NCBI GenBank assembly: GCA_023701005.1
Contig: JAMPXW010000002.1
Location: 177,167-241,166, forward strand
Source: Burkholderiales bacterium
GTDB taxonomy: Bacteria > Patescibacteriota > Minisyncoccia > Phycocordibacterales > UBA9973
DNA: 64,000 nt
Reading direction: 5' to 3'
Shown here in pieces: positions 37,837-50,300 of the stretch (positions are counted from its first letter, which is position 1; every line of letters begins with the position of its first letter). The notes under the pieces were generated by a model. It ran no database searches and was not told the origin of the DNA. It saw only the letters and a program-made list of their open reading frames with translations. The translations under genes and the position numbers were made by a program.

Positions 37837-37976
37837 CCCTCTAAAAATGTGGATAACTAGTGGATATGCTGTTCATTATCTACTATAATATAAGGGTATA
37901 AAAAAATATCGGATACCCGAGATACAGATTTTTTACACCTCGGACATCCGAGAAAGTATTATATATCTTTACAAAA

Positions 37977-38336
37977 ATGGGAAATCTTAAAAAAGCACTA
38001 TCTTTAAATCAAGCTTCAAAAATTTCTGGCTATCATCCAGATTATTTGAGTGCTTTAATACGTAAAGGAGAGATAAAAGGAGAGAAAATCAGTGGAAGTT
38101 GGTTTACGACAGAAGAAGAAATAAAAGACTACATTTTCAAACAAAAAATTAGACACAAAAGATTAGATATCGGAGGCTTCCTATCCCCTAAAAGAACGGG
38201 TAAGGTTTTTGTCCTTACTAGTGTTTTATTCTTAGCTACCATTTTAGCAGTAATTTATATTTACGGAAAAACAGCGCAAGTGCATTTAGAAGAAGGAAGG
38301 AAAACTCTTTCCACTGATGTTGAAGTAGTTGAGTAG
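37977..38336 (+). CDS. Small membrane-anchored helix-turn-helix protein (excisionase/MerR-like HTH + single TM), candidate regulator immediately upstream of giant gene
   Basis: LSLNQASKISGYHPDYLSALIRKGEIKGEKISGSWFTTEEEI resembles HTH_17/excisionase-type DNA-binding domain; followed by TM helix VFVLTSVLFLATILAVIYIY. Confidence 0.55.
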   Translation: MGNLKKALSLNQASKISGYHPDYLSALIRKGEIKGEKISGSWFTTEEEIKDYIFKQKIRHKRLDIGGFLSPKRTGKVFVLTSVLFLATILAVIYIYGKTAQVHLEEGRKTLSTDVEVVE

Positions 38337-38374
38337 TAGAAAGTTTGTAAAGTCATAAAGTTATAAAGTAAAAA

Positions 38375-41300
38375 ATGTTAAAAACAAAATTACAAATAAA
38401 TAAAATAAATACAACAAAGATTATCTTTGCAATATTTATTTTAATTTTTGTATTCTCCCCTTTTGCAAAAGGAGAAGCTGCAATAAATAAACAAATCAAT
38501 TATCAAGGTAAACTCACTGGAAGTAGTGGAGTCGCTGTATCAAACGGAACATATAACATGGAATTCAAACTGTACACTGTAAGTTCTGGTGGCACAGCTA
38601 TCTGGACAGAGACAAGAACAGATGCAAACAAAGTCCAAGTGACGAGCGGACTCTTTAGTGTGCTATTAGGAGAGGTTTCTACTTTGGACAATGTTGATTT
38701 CAATCAGACACTTTATTTAGGAGTAAACATCGGAGGTACAGCTGTCTCTCCTGCTTGGGATGGTGAAATGACCCCACGTAAAAAACTCGGAACAGTGCCT
38801 AGTGCTGTTGTCGCAGAGAAAGCTATAAACATACTTGGTGGTTCTGCAGGATATGTTCCCTTCCAAACAGCTGCAAACACAACTTCATTTTCATCCAATT
38901 TCTTTTGGGATAATTCTACAGCAAAATTAGGTATCGGGACAACGGCACCAGTACAAAAATTAACTATATCGGGTGGCAATATAAAACTTGATGATAGCTA
39001 TTATCTTGATTGGTCAAATGGAAGTGAAAGAATTACAGGTACAGGTTTAAGTGGAAACTATTCATTAAAATTTGAAACCTACAATGGCAGTGCATTGACA
39101 GAAAAAATGAGAATCCTAGGAAACGGTAATATAGGTATCGGGACGACAGCGCCTAATGCACTTTTGCATCTTTCTGGATCTGCAGGATCAAATGGACCAA
39201 ATTCAGGTTTAATATTAAATGCATCTTATGGTTTGGGTACTTCAGTAAACAACATTGATTTTAGAATTAATGGAAATGCAATCAGAGCTGCATCTCTTGG
39301 TGCTGCAGCTAATGTTGGAGGAGCTGATTTAACATTTTACACTTCATCAAACTTTGCGACAACAGATGCCACAGAAAAAATGAGAATCGACAAAAACGGC
39401 AACGTAGGTATCGGGACAACGGCACCAGGATTTAAATTAGATGTTAACGGAATATCTGCGGCAAATCAGTTTTATTCAGGAGGAGTTAATATAACTAGTA
39501 GCGGTATCTGGGGTGTAGGTAGTAGTGCTGAAGCTTTAATTGGTTTTGGAAGTGCTCAAGCAGGAGGAGCAAGACCCTGGAATTTTTCTTCTGGCGGAAC
39601 TGGTAAAACAGGTGGTTATTTTACCTGGAATATAGATACAGTAGAAAAAATGCGTCTTGATAATTCCGGCAACGTCGGCATCGGGACGACAGCGCCGGGG
39701 GCAAAGCTGCATGTTGAAGGAACTAATGAAATTTTATCTTTAACAGGAACAACTCCTTATCTTCGTTTCTTTGCAAATCCATCACAAAGTTATATTGGTT
39801 CTGGTTCTGGCTTGGTTTCTGGTATGGCAGTTACAGATTTAGCAATACGCTCTGCATCAAATATTGGTTTTTCAATTGGGACAAGTGAAAAGGTTAGGAT
39901 AGATAGTAGCGGTAACGTCGGCATCGGGACGACGGCACCAGTAGAAAAATTAAATGTAAATGGAAACATCAATATTACTGGCGGAGAATTAAGAATGTTT
40001 AACAATTCTACAGTTTTAGCTGCAACTTCATCTAACTTATTATCAATCAACAACGGTGGATTTAGTAATGTAGCTATAACAAACGGTAATATCGGCATAG
40101 GAACAACGACACCAGCTTACAAATTACACGTAAATGGCGTCGCTTATTCTTCTTCTTATTTCTATGCTCCTGAAGGTATATTTACATCAGTACAAGCAAA
40201 TAAAGTATTTCCAACTTCTTCTGTAGATTTACGATTACAAACTAGAGATAACACAGATAATATTTTATTTGAAATAGATACAAATGCTCCTTCAGAAAAA
40301 ATGAGAATCACCTCAGCAGGCAACGTCGGTATCGGGACGACGGCACCAACATACAAATTACAAGTTGCGACAGCAGTAAATTCTGCTGGAATTGTACATT
40401 CAAATTCATCCAATGGAACTAGAGTCTATACATTTATTGATTCTTCTGATAACGGATTATTACTTCTAAAAAATAGTAGCAATATCGATAATATAAATTT
40501 GAATACTGGTGGTAATAGTTATTTAAACGGTGGCAACGTCGGTATTGGGACAACAGCTCCAGGACAAAAGCTTGATGTAGTAGGAGGAAGTATAAGAACA
40601 GATAATCAATTAATTTCTACAATAGCAACAGGTACTTCCCCATTATCCATCTTATCTACAACAAAAGTCACAAACTTAAATGCCGACATATTAGATGGAT
40701 ATCATTATAATTCATTTATTCCAGTAAGTGGTTATCACTTTACAAACGGATATTTGATAGCGACAGACATCTCTGCAGCAAGCAACACAATGTTTAGTGT
40801 AGAAATAACCGGAAATAGCTATGGGGATGGAAAACCGATTCATATAACACTTCAAGGATACAACTATACTGCAGGAGACGCTATCATAAATTATTCTGGA
40901 GTCGCAGAAGATTGGACCAGAACCGTAAAAGCATTCAACTATAATGGATACTTATATTTCTGGCTCGATCAAAGTTCTTCATTCCAATCCATCACTGCTT
41001 ATGTAAAAAATACAATGGAAACAAATAATGTAAATCATGTCACAGCTATCACCAACGAAGTAGAGCCAACAACAGGCACAACCAGAAAAGTTTCTATAGT
41101 TCCAAAACAAATTTGGAATTCTGGAAATGATGGAGTTGCTTCTACATTGGATGCTGATTTGTTAGATGGACAACATGGTTCATATTATCAAACTGCTTTG
41201 ACTAATCCTGTCACTGGCACAGGTACAACAAATTATCTTTCTAAATTTACTGGTACTTCTACTTTAGGAAATTCTTTAATTTTTGATAATGGAACTAATG

Positions 41301-44300
41301 TGGGTATTGGGACGACGGCACCAACTCAAAAACTTTCTATAAATGGTTCAGTAAACATGATTTCTAACGGTGCAATAACTTTTGAAAATACTAATAATAA
41401 TGGAAATTGGTATATAAGAAATTCTGGTACAAATTTAGCATCATTAGATTTTGGAATTGGAGCTGTTGGTGCGAGTGACAAAATAAGATTTGATAGTAAC
41501 GGCAACGTCGGTATCGGGACGACAGCGCCAGGAGCAACCTTGGATGTTGCTGGAACAATTAGAACAACTTCAACAATCACAACTGGTTCATATTTTTATA
41601 ATAATTCAGCTTCTGATGCTAATAAATATCTTACAAACACGCCAGGGCCAAGCTATATGGGTTTTAGAGGACATGGAATAAACAATAATACAAATTCAGT
41701 ATTATCAATTGGTTATACAACTTTACCATCTACTCTAATTTCTCCTGTCTTGTCGGTAGTTGATAATGGTAACGTCGGTATCGGGACGACGGCACCAACT
41801 CAAATGTTACAAATTGGAGGAAACACTACATCTTCCATAGGAATGAGGATAGCTCCTGCTGGCGCAAATTGGGACATAGTCACTGATGGCAGTCAGGGCT
41901 TAAACATTAAAAATGGAAATGGGAATTATTTAACTTTCATTAATTCATCACAAATATCTTCTTTTACAGGAAACGTCGGTATCGGGACAACAGCGCCAAC
42001 CGCAAAATTAGATATAAATAATGGGGTAAATCGTACAAACAATCCAACTAGTTTAATAGTTGCTGGCACTGGAGTACTTGGAACAACAGCTGGTAGTTAC
42101 CTATATCCGTCAGAAACAATATCAAATGCCGGAAATACTTTAAGGCTACAAACAACAGCGTACCGTAGAGATGCTGGAAGTACATGGTTCGGGGCTGGTT
42201 TCAGAATACAATATGCTGTAGACAATAGTTTTACAGATGGAACTGGTTCTTTCTTAGAAATGGGTGGACGAACTGACACAACTCCTTATATATCATTAGG
42301 TACTTCTGGAGCTGATAGAATTTATATTAATTCTTCTGGCAACGTCGGTATTGGGACAACAAGTCCAAGTGGAAAATTGGAAATAAATGGTGGAGCTTAT
42401 GATTCTTCACTTGTTATTACAACAAATGTTTCTAGTGGTGCTGATATTAAATTAAATCAAACAGGAACAAATGGAAGGGAGTGGCATATAACTTCAACTG
42501 GAAGCTCAAATGCAATGAGTGCTGGAGGTTTACAATTTTATGATGACACTGCTGGTGCTTTTAGAATGGGTATTCAAGGATCTACTGGTAATGTCGGGAT
42601 AAATACGGGGAATCCACAAGCAAAATTACATATTTATAATGCTACAGCTGGTGGATTAAATGAAACCATCCGTTCTCAGGGATATTGGTCTGCTCCAGGT
42701 TCTGGTTCTTTAATCAGATTCACTAATTATCATGCTTCCGGAACCACCCCAAACACAGGCGAATACAACTTAGCTGGAATAGGAGGGTTAGATGATAATG
42801 GAGGTTGGGGTGGTTCTTTATACTTCCAAACAGCACCGACAGGTACAGCAGGTGGAGCAGCGTTACAAACCAGAATGACAATCAACCCTGCCGGTAACGT
42901 CGGTATCGGGACGACGAGTCCAGGAACTAAATTAAACGTAATTGGTAATATAGCATCTGAAAAATCAGCAGGTGGATATGTATCCTCTTTATTTTGGCAG
43001 GGCAATGATCCAGCAATCGGTTATTATTCGGAAAATGGTTTGCTTTTTGGTACTGAAACTACAATGGTAGGTGGGGCTTTTAGTGAAAAGATGAGGATAA
43101 CAAACGCAGGCAACGTCGGCATCGGGACGACGGCACCTGCTCAAGCATTAGATGTGGCTGGTGTCATCAATGCTTCAACAGGATTTAGAATAGGAAATGC
43201 TGCTACTTCTGGTAATTATCTCCGAGGAAATGGAACAAATTTTGTTTCAAGTGCCATTCAAGCTGGAGACGTCCCTACCCTAAACCAAAATACCGCTGGT
43301 TATGCTGCACTCTTGGTGAGTGAAGACAATAGAACAATTTCTCCAAGCGAGCTAGCTATCAACCGATTAAAATTTGGTTTTACTAGTTGGGCAAACAACG
43401 ACAGCTCTCCTTATGCAGATTTCTTGCATTTGAGAAGTTACGCTGATTCCTCAGGAGGAGCTGACAACTTAATAATGTTCAACAAGAGTGTAATAGCAAT
43501 GAGAATCTATCAGCAAACATTCGGTTCTGCTACTGCATATTCTTCTTATAGAGATGTCATAACAACAAACACAAGCGCAAGTGGTACTGCAAATTATTTA
43601 CCTAAATTTTCTAGCGGAACAACAATTGCAAATTCATTAATTTTTGATAACGGAACTAACGTGGGTATCGGACTCACTAATCCTGAAGGTAAAATGCATA
43701 TTATTGGCATGAATAGTGCCTTCCCTGCTACTACGGGAACCGTTCAAACTGGATTAGAGGCTCGATTTCAACCTTATGACTCTAACGGAGTATTAGACAT
43801 AGGTGTTAACTCTGGAAGTGGAGCTTGGTTGCAATCAACTAATCGAACTAGTTTAAGTAGCAATTACCCATTGTTATTAAATCCAAATGGAGGCAACGTC
43901 GGTATCGGGACGACAGCGCCAGCCACAAATCTTGATGTAGTCGGAGATATAAGAGCAAGTGATACTTCAGGAAATTATATTTATCTTGACACGACAGGTG
44001 CAAATCCAGGCATCGTTTCAAATTCTAGCAGGTCAATCAATATACAACCTGGGTCAGGCCTAACCACTTTTTATACCTCAGGTACTGCCGGTACTCTTCA
44101 AATATATGATGGTAGTTCTTCATATCCGATTATATTGAGAGCAGGCGGTAATAGTATATTCAATGGTGGTAGCGTCGGTATCGGAACTGCAAGCCCTGCT
44201 TCAAAATTACATGTCTACGACAACAACGCAACCACAGATCACACTATCGGACTTACGATAGAACAAGCAGGTACAGGTGATGCAAAATTACAATGGCTCA

Positions 44301-47300
44301 CGACAGGCGTGACACGTTTTGGAATGGGTATAGACAATAGTGATGGAGATAAATTAAAAATATCTGCAGCCACAGACTTAAGTACAAACAATGTTTTGAC
44401 AATCGATTCTTCTTCTAATGTCGGTATCGGAACTGCAAGCCCTGGAGTACTTTTGCATTTATCAAAAAATGGAACAGCAAGCACACAAACAGTAATGGCT
44501 GTTTTAGAATCTGTCACCTCTCAAAGGCCAGTATTACAATTTAGTGAAGGTGGCTATGGTTTGACTAGTGGGATGAGCATTGAATACGATGGCAGGAGTG
44601 GAGGAAGAGCAAATCTATTAAATATAAATGATATTAATGGTGTAGCAATCGGAACATTCATGAGTGGCGGGAATTTTGGAATTCAAACTACATCCCCTAC
44701 TGCAAATTTGACAGTCGCTCAAAGCACAGCAGGAGTCGGAACAGTTTCAAATACAGCAGGAGGAACGACAGTCACAGGTAATGGCACAGAATTTACAAAC
44801 ACATTTAAAGTCGGAGATACCATAACAGTCGGAGGACAAACTGTCGCTATTTCAGCTATCGCGAGTGACACTAGTATGACAACTGCAGCCATAACAAATG
44901 CAAACACAAACGCTGCATACACATTAGTAGGTGGAACAAGAATGGTTGTAAAAGGTAATGGAAATGTTGGCATTGGTTTAACGAATCCTTCTGCAAGACT
45001 TCATATTTCTGAAGCAGGACCAGCATATGATTGGGACTCGTTGAGAGTAGATTTTCAAGCAAATGGAAATTTGAATAGTTTAAATTCTTCAGCTGGTAGA
45101 TTCATAAATACTCTCGCACCAAGCTCTCAATCTTATGCTATCGGTTCATTAGGAGAAGCAATAAAAACAGGGCACTATGGCTACACGGCCACAGGAGCAG
45201 AAGGTCGTGGAATATATAGAAGTAATTCTTTAGGAACAAGCTTAGCTTCATTAGATTTGTACGGTGTTAGTGGTAAAGTGTCTGTCGAAGGCACAGGAGC
45301 AAACACAATCAATTCAGGAAAATCTTTGTATGCTTATGCCAACGTAGACGCTGGAAATATTTTAAGTACTTACTGGGGAGTTTATGTAAAATCTCCATCA
45401 GGAACAGGAACGATAACAAACAAATACGCATTAGTCACAGAAGCAGGTGCGGGAAACGTGGGAATTGGTTTGACTAACCCAGGCTTCCCTCTCGCAGTGC
45501 AAGGAACAATACAAGGAAGAGGCATAGCTTATTTCACTCAAGCTTCACCAACAAATTCTCTAGCGATAGATGCAACTTCAACAACTTTACACAAAATTTA
45601 TACAAACAATGCTGGTATTGATTTATCTTTGGGAACAAATAGTTCAACTTCACAATTATATTTACAATCTGCAGGCAACGTCGGTATCGGGACAACGAGT
45701 CCAGGAGCAAAATTAGATATCCTCGGATCAAATAGTGCAATGGCCTTAAATCTCAGAAGTTCTAGTGGCCAAATTCAATTTTTCCCATACAGTGATAATA
45801 AAAATTACATAGAAAGCGTAGACGGTACTGGTACAGCTTCACAACTTCTCTACTTCACTGGATACAGTGGAACAGCAGGAACATTTTCTTTTAATGGCAA
45901 CGTCGGTATCGGGATGACTTCACCAACTTACAAATTAGATTTGCAAGGATCAGCTTGGAACAATATTGCACGTATATATTCTACAGGTAGCTCTAGTGGC
46001 TTAGACTTTTATGATTCTGGAGTAAGACGTGGTGTTGTTTATAGTGATTCTAGTGGTTTTGGATTATTAAATAGTGCTACTAGTTGGGCTATTAAAATAC
46101 CTTACGGTACAGGTAATGTTGTCGTAGAAAATGGAAATATGGGTGTCGGAACATCAAGCCCAAGTGCAAAATTAGATGTCGTTGGAAATATAGAATTAGG
46201 AGCAGCTGTCGGCACCACTAGATATATCTTAACAGACGAAACAAACACCGGTACTGGAAAAGTCGCAATACAAGCAGGAGCTGGTTCAGCAGCCTTTGGT
46301 GGTGCTATAAATCTTTATGCTCAAGCACATGCTACAAATCCTGGATGGGTACAAATTGGTATTGGTTCTGGGGCTGGAAGTGGAGGGACAGAAGGAAGAT
46401 TTACTGTAAACAATCAAGGACTAGGTGGAGGAACTGATGTCTTCACAGTATTAAGAACAGGTAACGTCGGCATCGGGACGACGGGGCCGAGTCAGAAATT
46501 GGAAGTTAATGGTAATGCATTAGTAACAAAACTTGGAATCGGTCAACTTGATGCCGCGAATTATGTGTTGGATGTAGGTGGTGCGGCGAGAATCTCTTCA
46601 AGCGGAAATGTGAATTTTAATCAGGCAAGTGGCGCTGCGACTTTTCATGGACAAGTAAATTTCCCTGGGTCAGGGGTTTGGCAAACAAGCGGCAACGTCG
46701 GCATCGGGACGACGAGCCCAAATCAAAGATTAGAAATTGGTAGTTCCGGAAATTACCAAATGCGCATAGGTAATGGTTCTACCGCTGCTTATTCATATGA
46801 TTTTGGAAGAAATACAACAGATGGTTTATTTTATTTATACGGAAATCAAACTGGAGCAAACGGATATGTTTTTAGTGGAATAAATGGTGAAAGAATGAGA
46901 ATAAATGAAAGTGGTAACGTCGGCATCGGGACGACAGCACCTGGAACTAAATTAGATATTGCTGGAACCATGCACACAACAGGCCTATATACTGCGAGCG
47001 CGGGTATCCAACTTGAAGGTCAAAATTTAGGCTGGGATCAAAGTGGAGTTAGATCTTGGACAATGGGAACAGCTGCTTCTAGTGGCAATATGACATTAAA
47101 ATCTGGAGATGAAGCTGGAATTTTTCGTGTTTTAACAACAACAACTTCATTAAGTGGTAATTTAATTGTTTCTGGTACTACAAATAGTTCTATCGCTGGA
47201 AATCTAGGTATTGGAACGATAAATCCTGGAGCTGATTTAGTTATAGAAAACAGTGGTACAAACAATACCCAACTATGGTTACAAAATACTGGTACAGGTA

Positions 47301-50300
47301 TTACAGAAATCGGTTTTGATTCGGCAAATGGAGATTTCGCTGGTAGCGATTACATGTCTTTGGGGCAAAATGATTCATTGGATGGATATATTAAAATGTT
47401 TGCTAACGCTGGAAGATTTCATATAGATACAGGAGGAGTTGAAAGATTTACTATCTTACAAAATGGAAATCTAGGTATCGGAACAACAGCACCAGGGTCA
47501 AGATTGGTAGTTAGTTCAGCTGGGATTGTTGCAGGGACACCTGAATTTGTTGTCGGTGATTATGGAACAATAAAATTAAAAACATACCAGACTGGAAGTA
47601 CTTATGCAGCGATGTATACAGGCAACAATGAAGACTTAAGAATCACTGCTGGAACAGATAATAGTCAATTAGTACTAAAAGCAAATAATGGAAACATTGG
47701 AATTGGTACTGCCTCCCCTACCGCCTTCAAGCTCCAAGTCGCAGGAAGTGTCGGACCAAATGTAGACAATTCTTATGACTTAGGTTCTTCTGGAGCAAGA
47801 TGGAGAAACTTATACATCTCTGGGACGATAGCTCAAGGAGGATATTTAGATAATAGTTTAGACAATTTAGTTTACAACGGAGATTTTGAAACAAATTCTA
47901 CAAATGGTTGGACGGGGGGAGGCACAGCAATAGTCACAGGAGGACATTCTGGAAATTATGCAATGCAAGTGACAGGCAACCAACAAATAGAAAGTGTTGA
48001 CTACATCCCCGTCAATCCTGTAAGAGATATTTTACAATTAGAAATCTACGCGAAAAAGTCTGTAGCTGGAACTACACCAGGAATACTCTATTTAGGATAT
48101 ATTGCATATGATGCAAACAAAGCAGCCATTTACACAGCTCCTTGTGGATCATATTGTTATTTTGCTGCTTCTGCTTATACATTACCAGCAGATGGAAATT
48201 GGCATAAATTCAATGCAACGACAAACGGTGAAGGTACGGTTTATCCCAACTTCCCTGTCGGGACGAAATTCGTTCGTGTATTAGGATTAATAAACTACAG
48301 TGGATCTGCAGATGCAGTGACTTTAATAGACCATATCACATTAAAGAGATTAAATTATGGACCTACATACATAGGAAACAACTTCGGAACGACAAACCAA
48401 GCAGACCAAACTCAATTGAGTAAACTCTACACAACTTCTGTAAATAATTTAATAATAGATACTCCTGCTAGTAACGGAAATATAGGATTCGGAATAACAA
48501 ATCCAAATCCTTTTGCTTGGTCATCCAAAGCATTCACTCTTCAATCTACTGGTACAAATACTTATTCATCTCTTGAAGCTTTTGGAACAGGTACAGGGTC
48601 TGGAGCATTATTGTTAGGTAACAGCACCATTCACAGAGCAACTATATCTACAGCTGACGGTTCTCACCTCACATTCTCAACAAACAATAACAACGCCGCT
48701 TCATACATGACAGAAAAAATGAGAATCACTGCAACGGGCAACGTCGGAATCGGAACGACTTCTCCAGATCAATTATTGCAAGTAAATGGCGCCAGCGGCA
48801 CAGCGATAAGTATCAAAACTCCTTGGGCTGCGAGTGCTTATGGTCAATTGAGATTTGATACAGGAACAGGTAGCTCTTCTATCCGTTCTTCTGTGCCTGG
48901 TGATTCTACAAATGGTTTACAATTCTTTACTTACTCTGGTGGAGAGACTGTAAAAATGTCTATCACTGGTGCAGGCAATGTTGGTATCGGACTCACAAAT
49001 CCAGCATACAAATTAGATGTTGTCGGAGGAATTCATTGGAATCCTGGAGTGACAGGTTCTCCTGAAGGCTTTATGTCTGGATCAAGCGCTGAACAATCTA
49101 TTCAACTAGGATCATTAACAAATAGTCCCCTTTCCCTAACAACAAATGCCCTAACGAGATTATTCATTGATGGAAATGGAAATGTCGGTATCGGGACGAC
49201 AGTACCAACTTACAAAGTAGACATAGCTTCCACAGGTAATGCCTTAAAGATAGGTCAATCAGGAACAGCTACAAACACCATCTATCAAACATTCACAAAC
49301 GGTGGAGGAAGTGTTTATCTTGGAATAGATAATTCTGGAGGTAATGGATTATTCACAGGAGGCGCAGGCTATGCTGCAGCTTTCGGACATGGAGGAAATT
49401 ATCCAATAGAATTCGCGACAAATAGTACTGTCAGAATGCTCATCGACGGTTCCGGAAATGTGGGAGTAGGTACAGCGACACCACAATATGGAAAATTAGA
49501 AATAGCAACCACTGCATCTAATGTTGGAGGTTTAACCTTGTATCGTGGAACAGGAACGACGGCTAGACACTGGATCAATTCATCTGATGTTTACTTAATT
49601 CAAAGAGCTATTACTGACACTTATGGCATTGCAATAGACAACGTTGGAAATGTCGGCATCGGAACGACAAGTCCAGTCAGTATCTTAAACATTAATGCAA
49701 CTTCTCCAGTACTTACTCTTACGGGTTCTACAAGTGGACAAGAAACTATTGCTTCACAAATTCACTTTGCCGTCGGTAATTATTCTGGAGCAAGAATCAA
49801 AGCGATCCAAACGGGAGCAAGCTATGGTTATCAAGTTGGGTTAGGATTTTTTACACAAGACGCTCCATACGATGCTAACTCTTTTGAAAGAATGAGAATA
49901 TCAAGCACCGGAAACGTCGGCATCGGGACGACGGCGCCAGGTAAAACTCTTGATATAGCAGTTTCTCCCAATGCTAGTAATGGTATTTTGGTAAGAGATA
50001 ATAATGATGCAACAAAATCTATATTAATTACGAGTTCACAAGGATCCACTGCCTTCCCGTACATTGGTACAAATGGTAATAGGCGTCTTGATTTTGGTAC
50101 AAATACTGCACGACAAATGACAATAGATACAACCGGCAACGTCGGTATCGGGACAACGGCACCGAACGCGCCTTTGTCATTTGGAACAGTTACAGGGGAT
50201 AAGATTTATCTCTATGATGGAAGTGGCAATTATGGATTTGGTGTGGACTCGGGAGGGGCTTCCCAACTAAACATCTTCACAGGAAATTCTGCGGATATGT

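Noticed and set aside
1173-37867. DnaA-box copies as a chromosomal replication origin
   Set aside because: The boxes are single or paired and dispersed over 36 kb. None sits next to dnaA/dnaN, and there is no AT-rich DUE with clustered boxes, so an oriC call is not supported.
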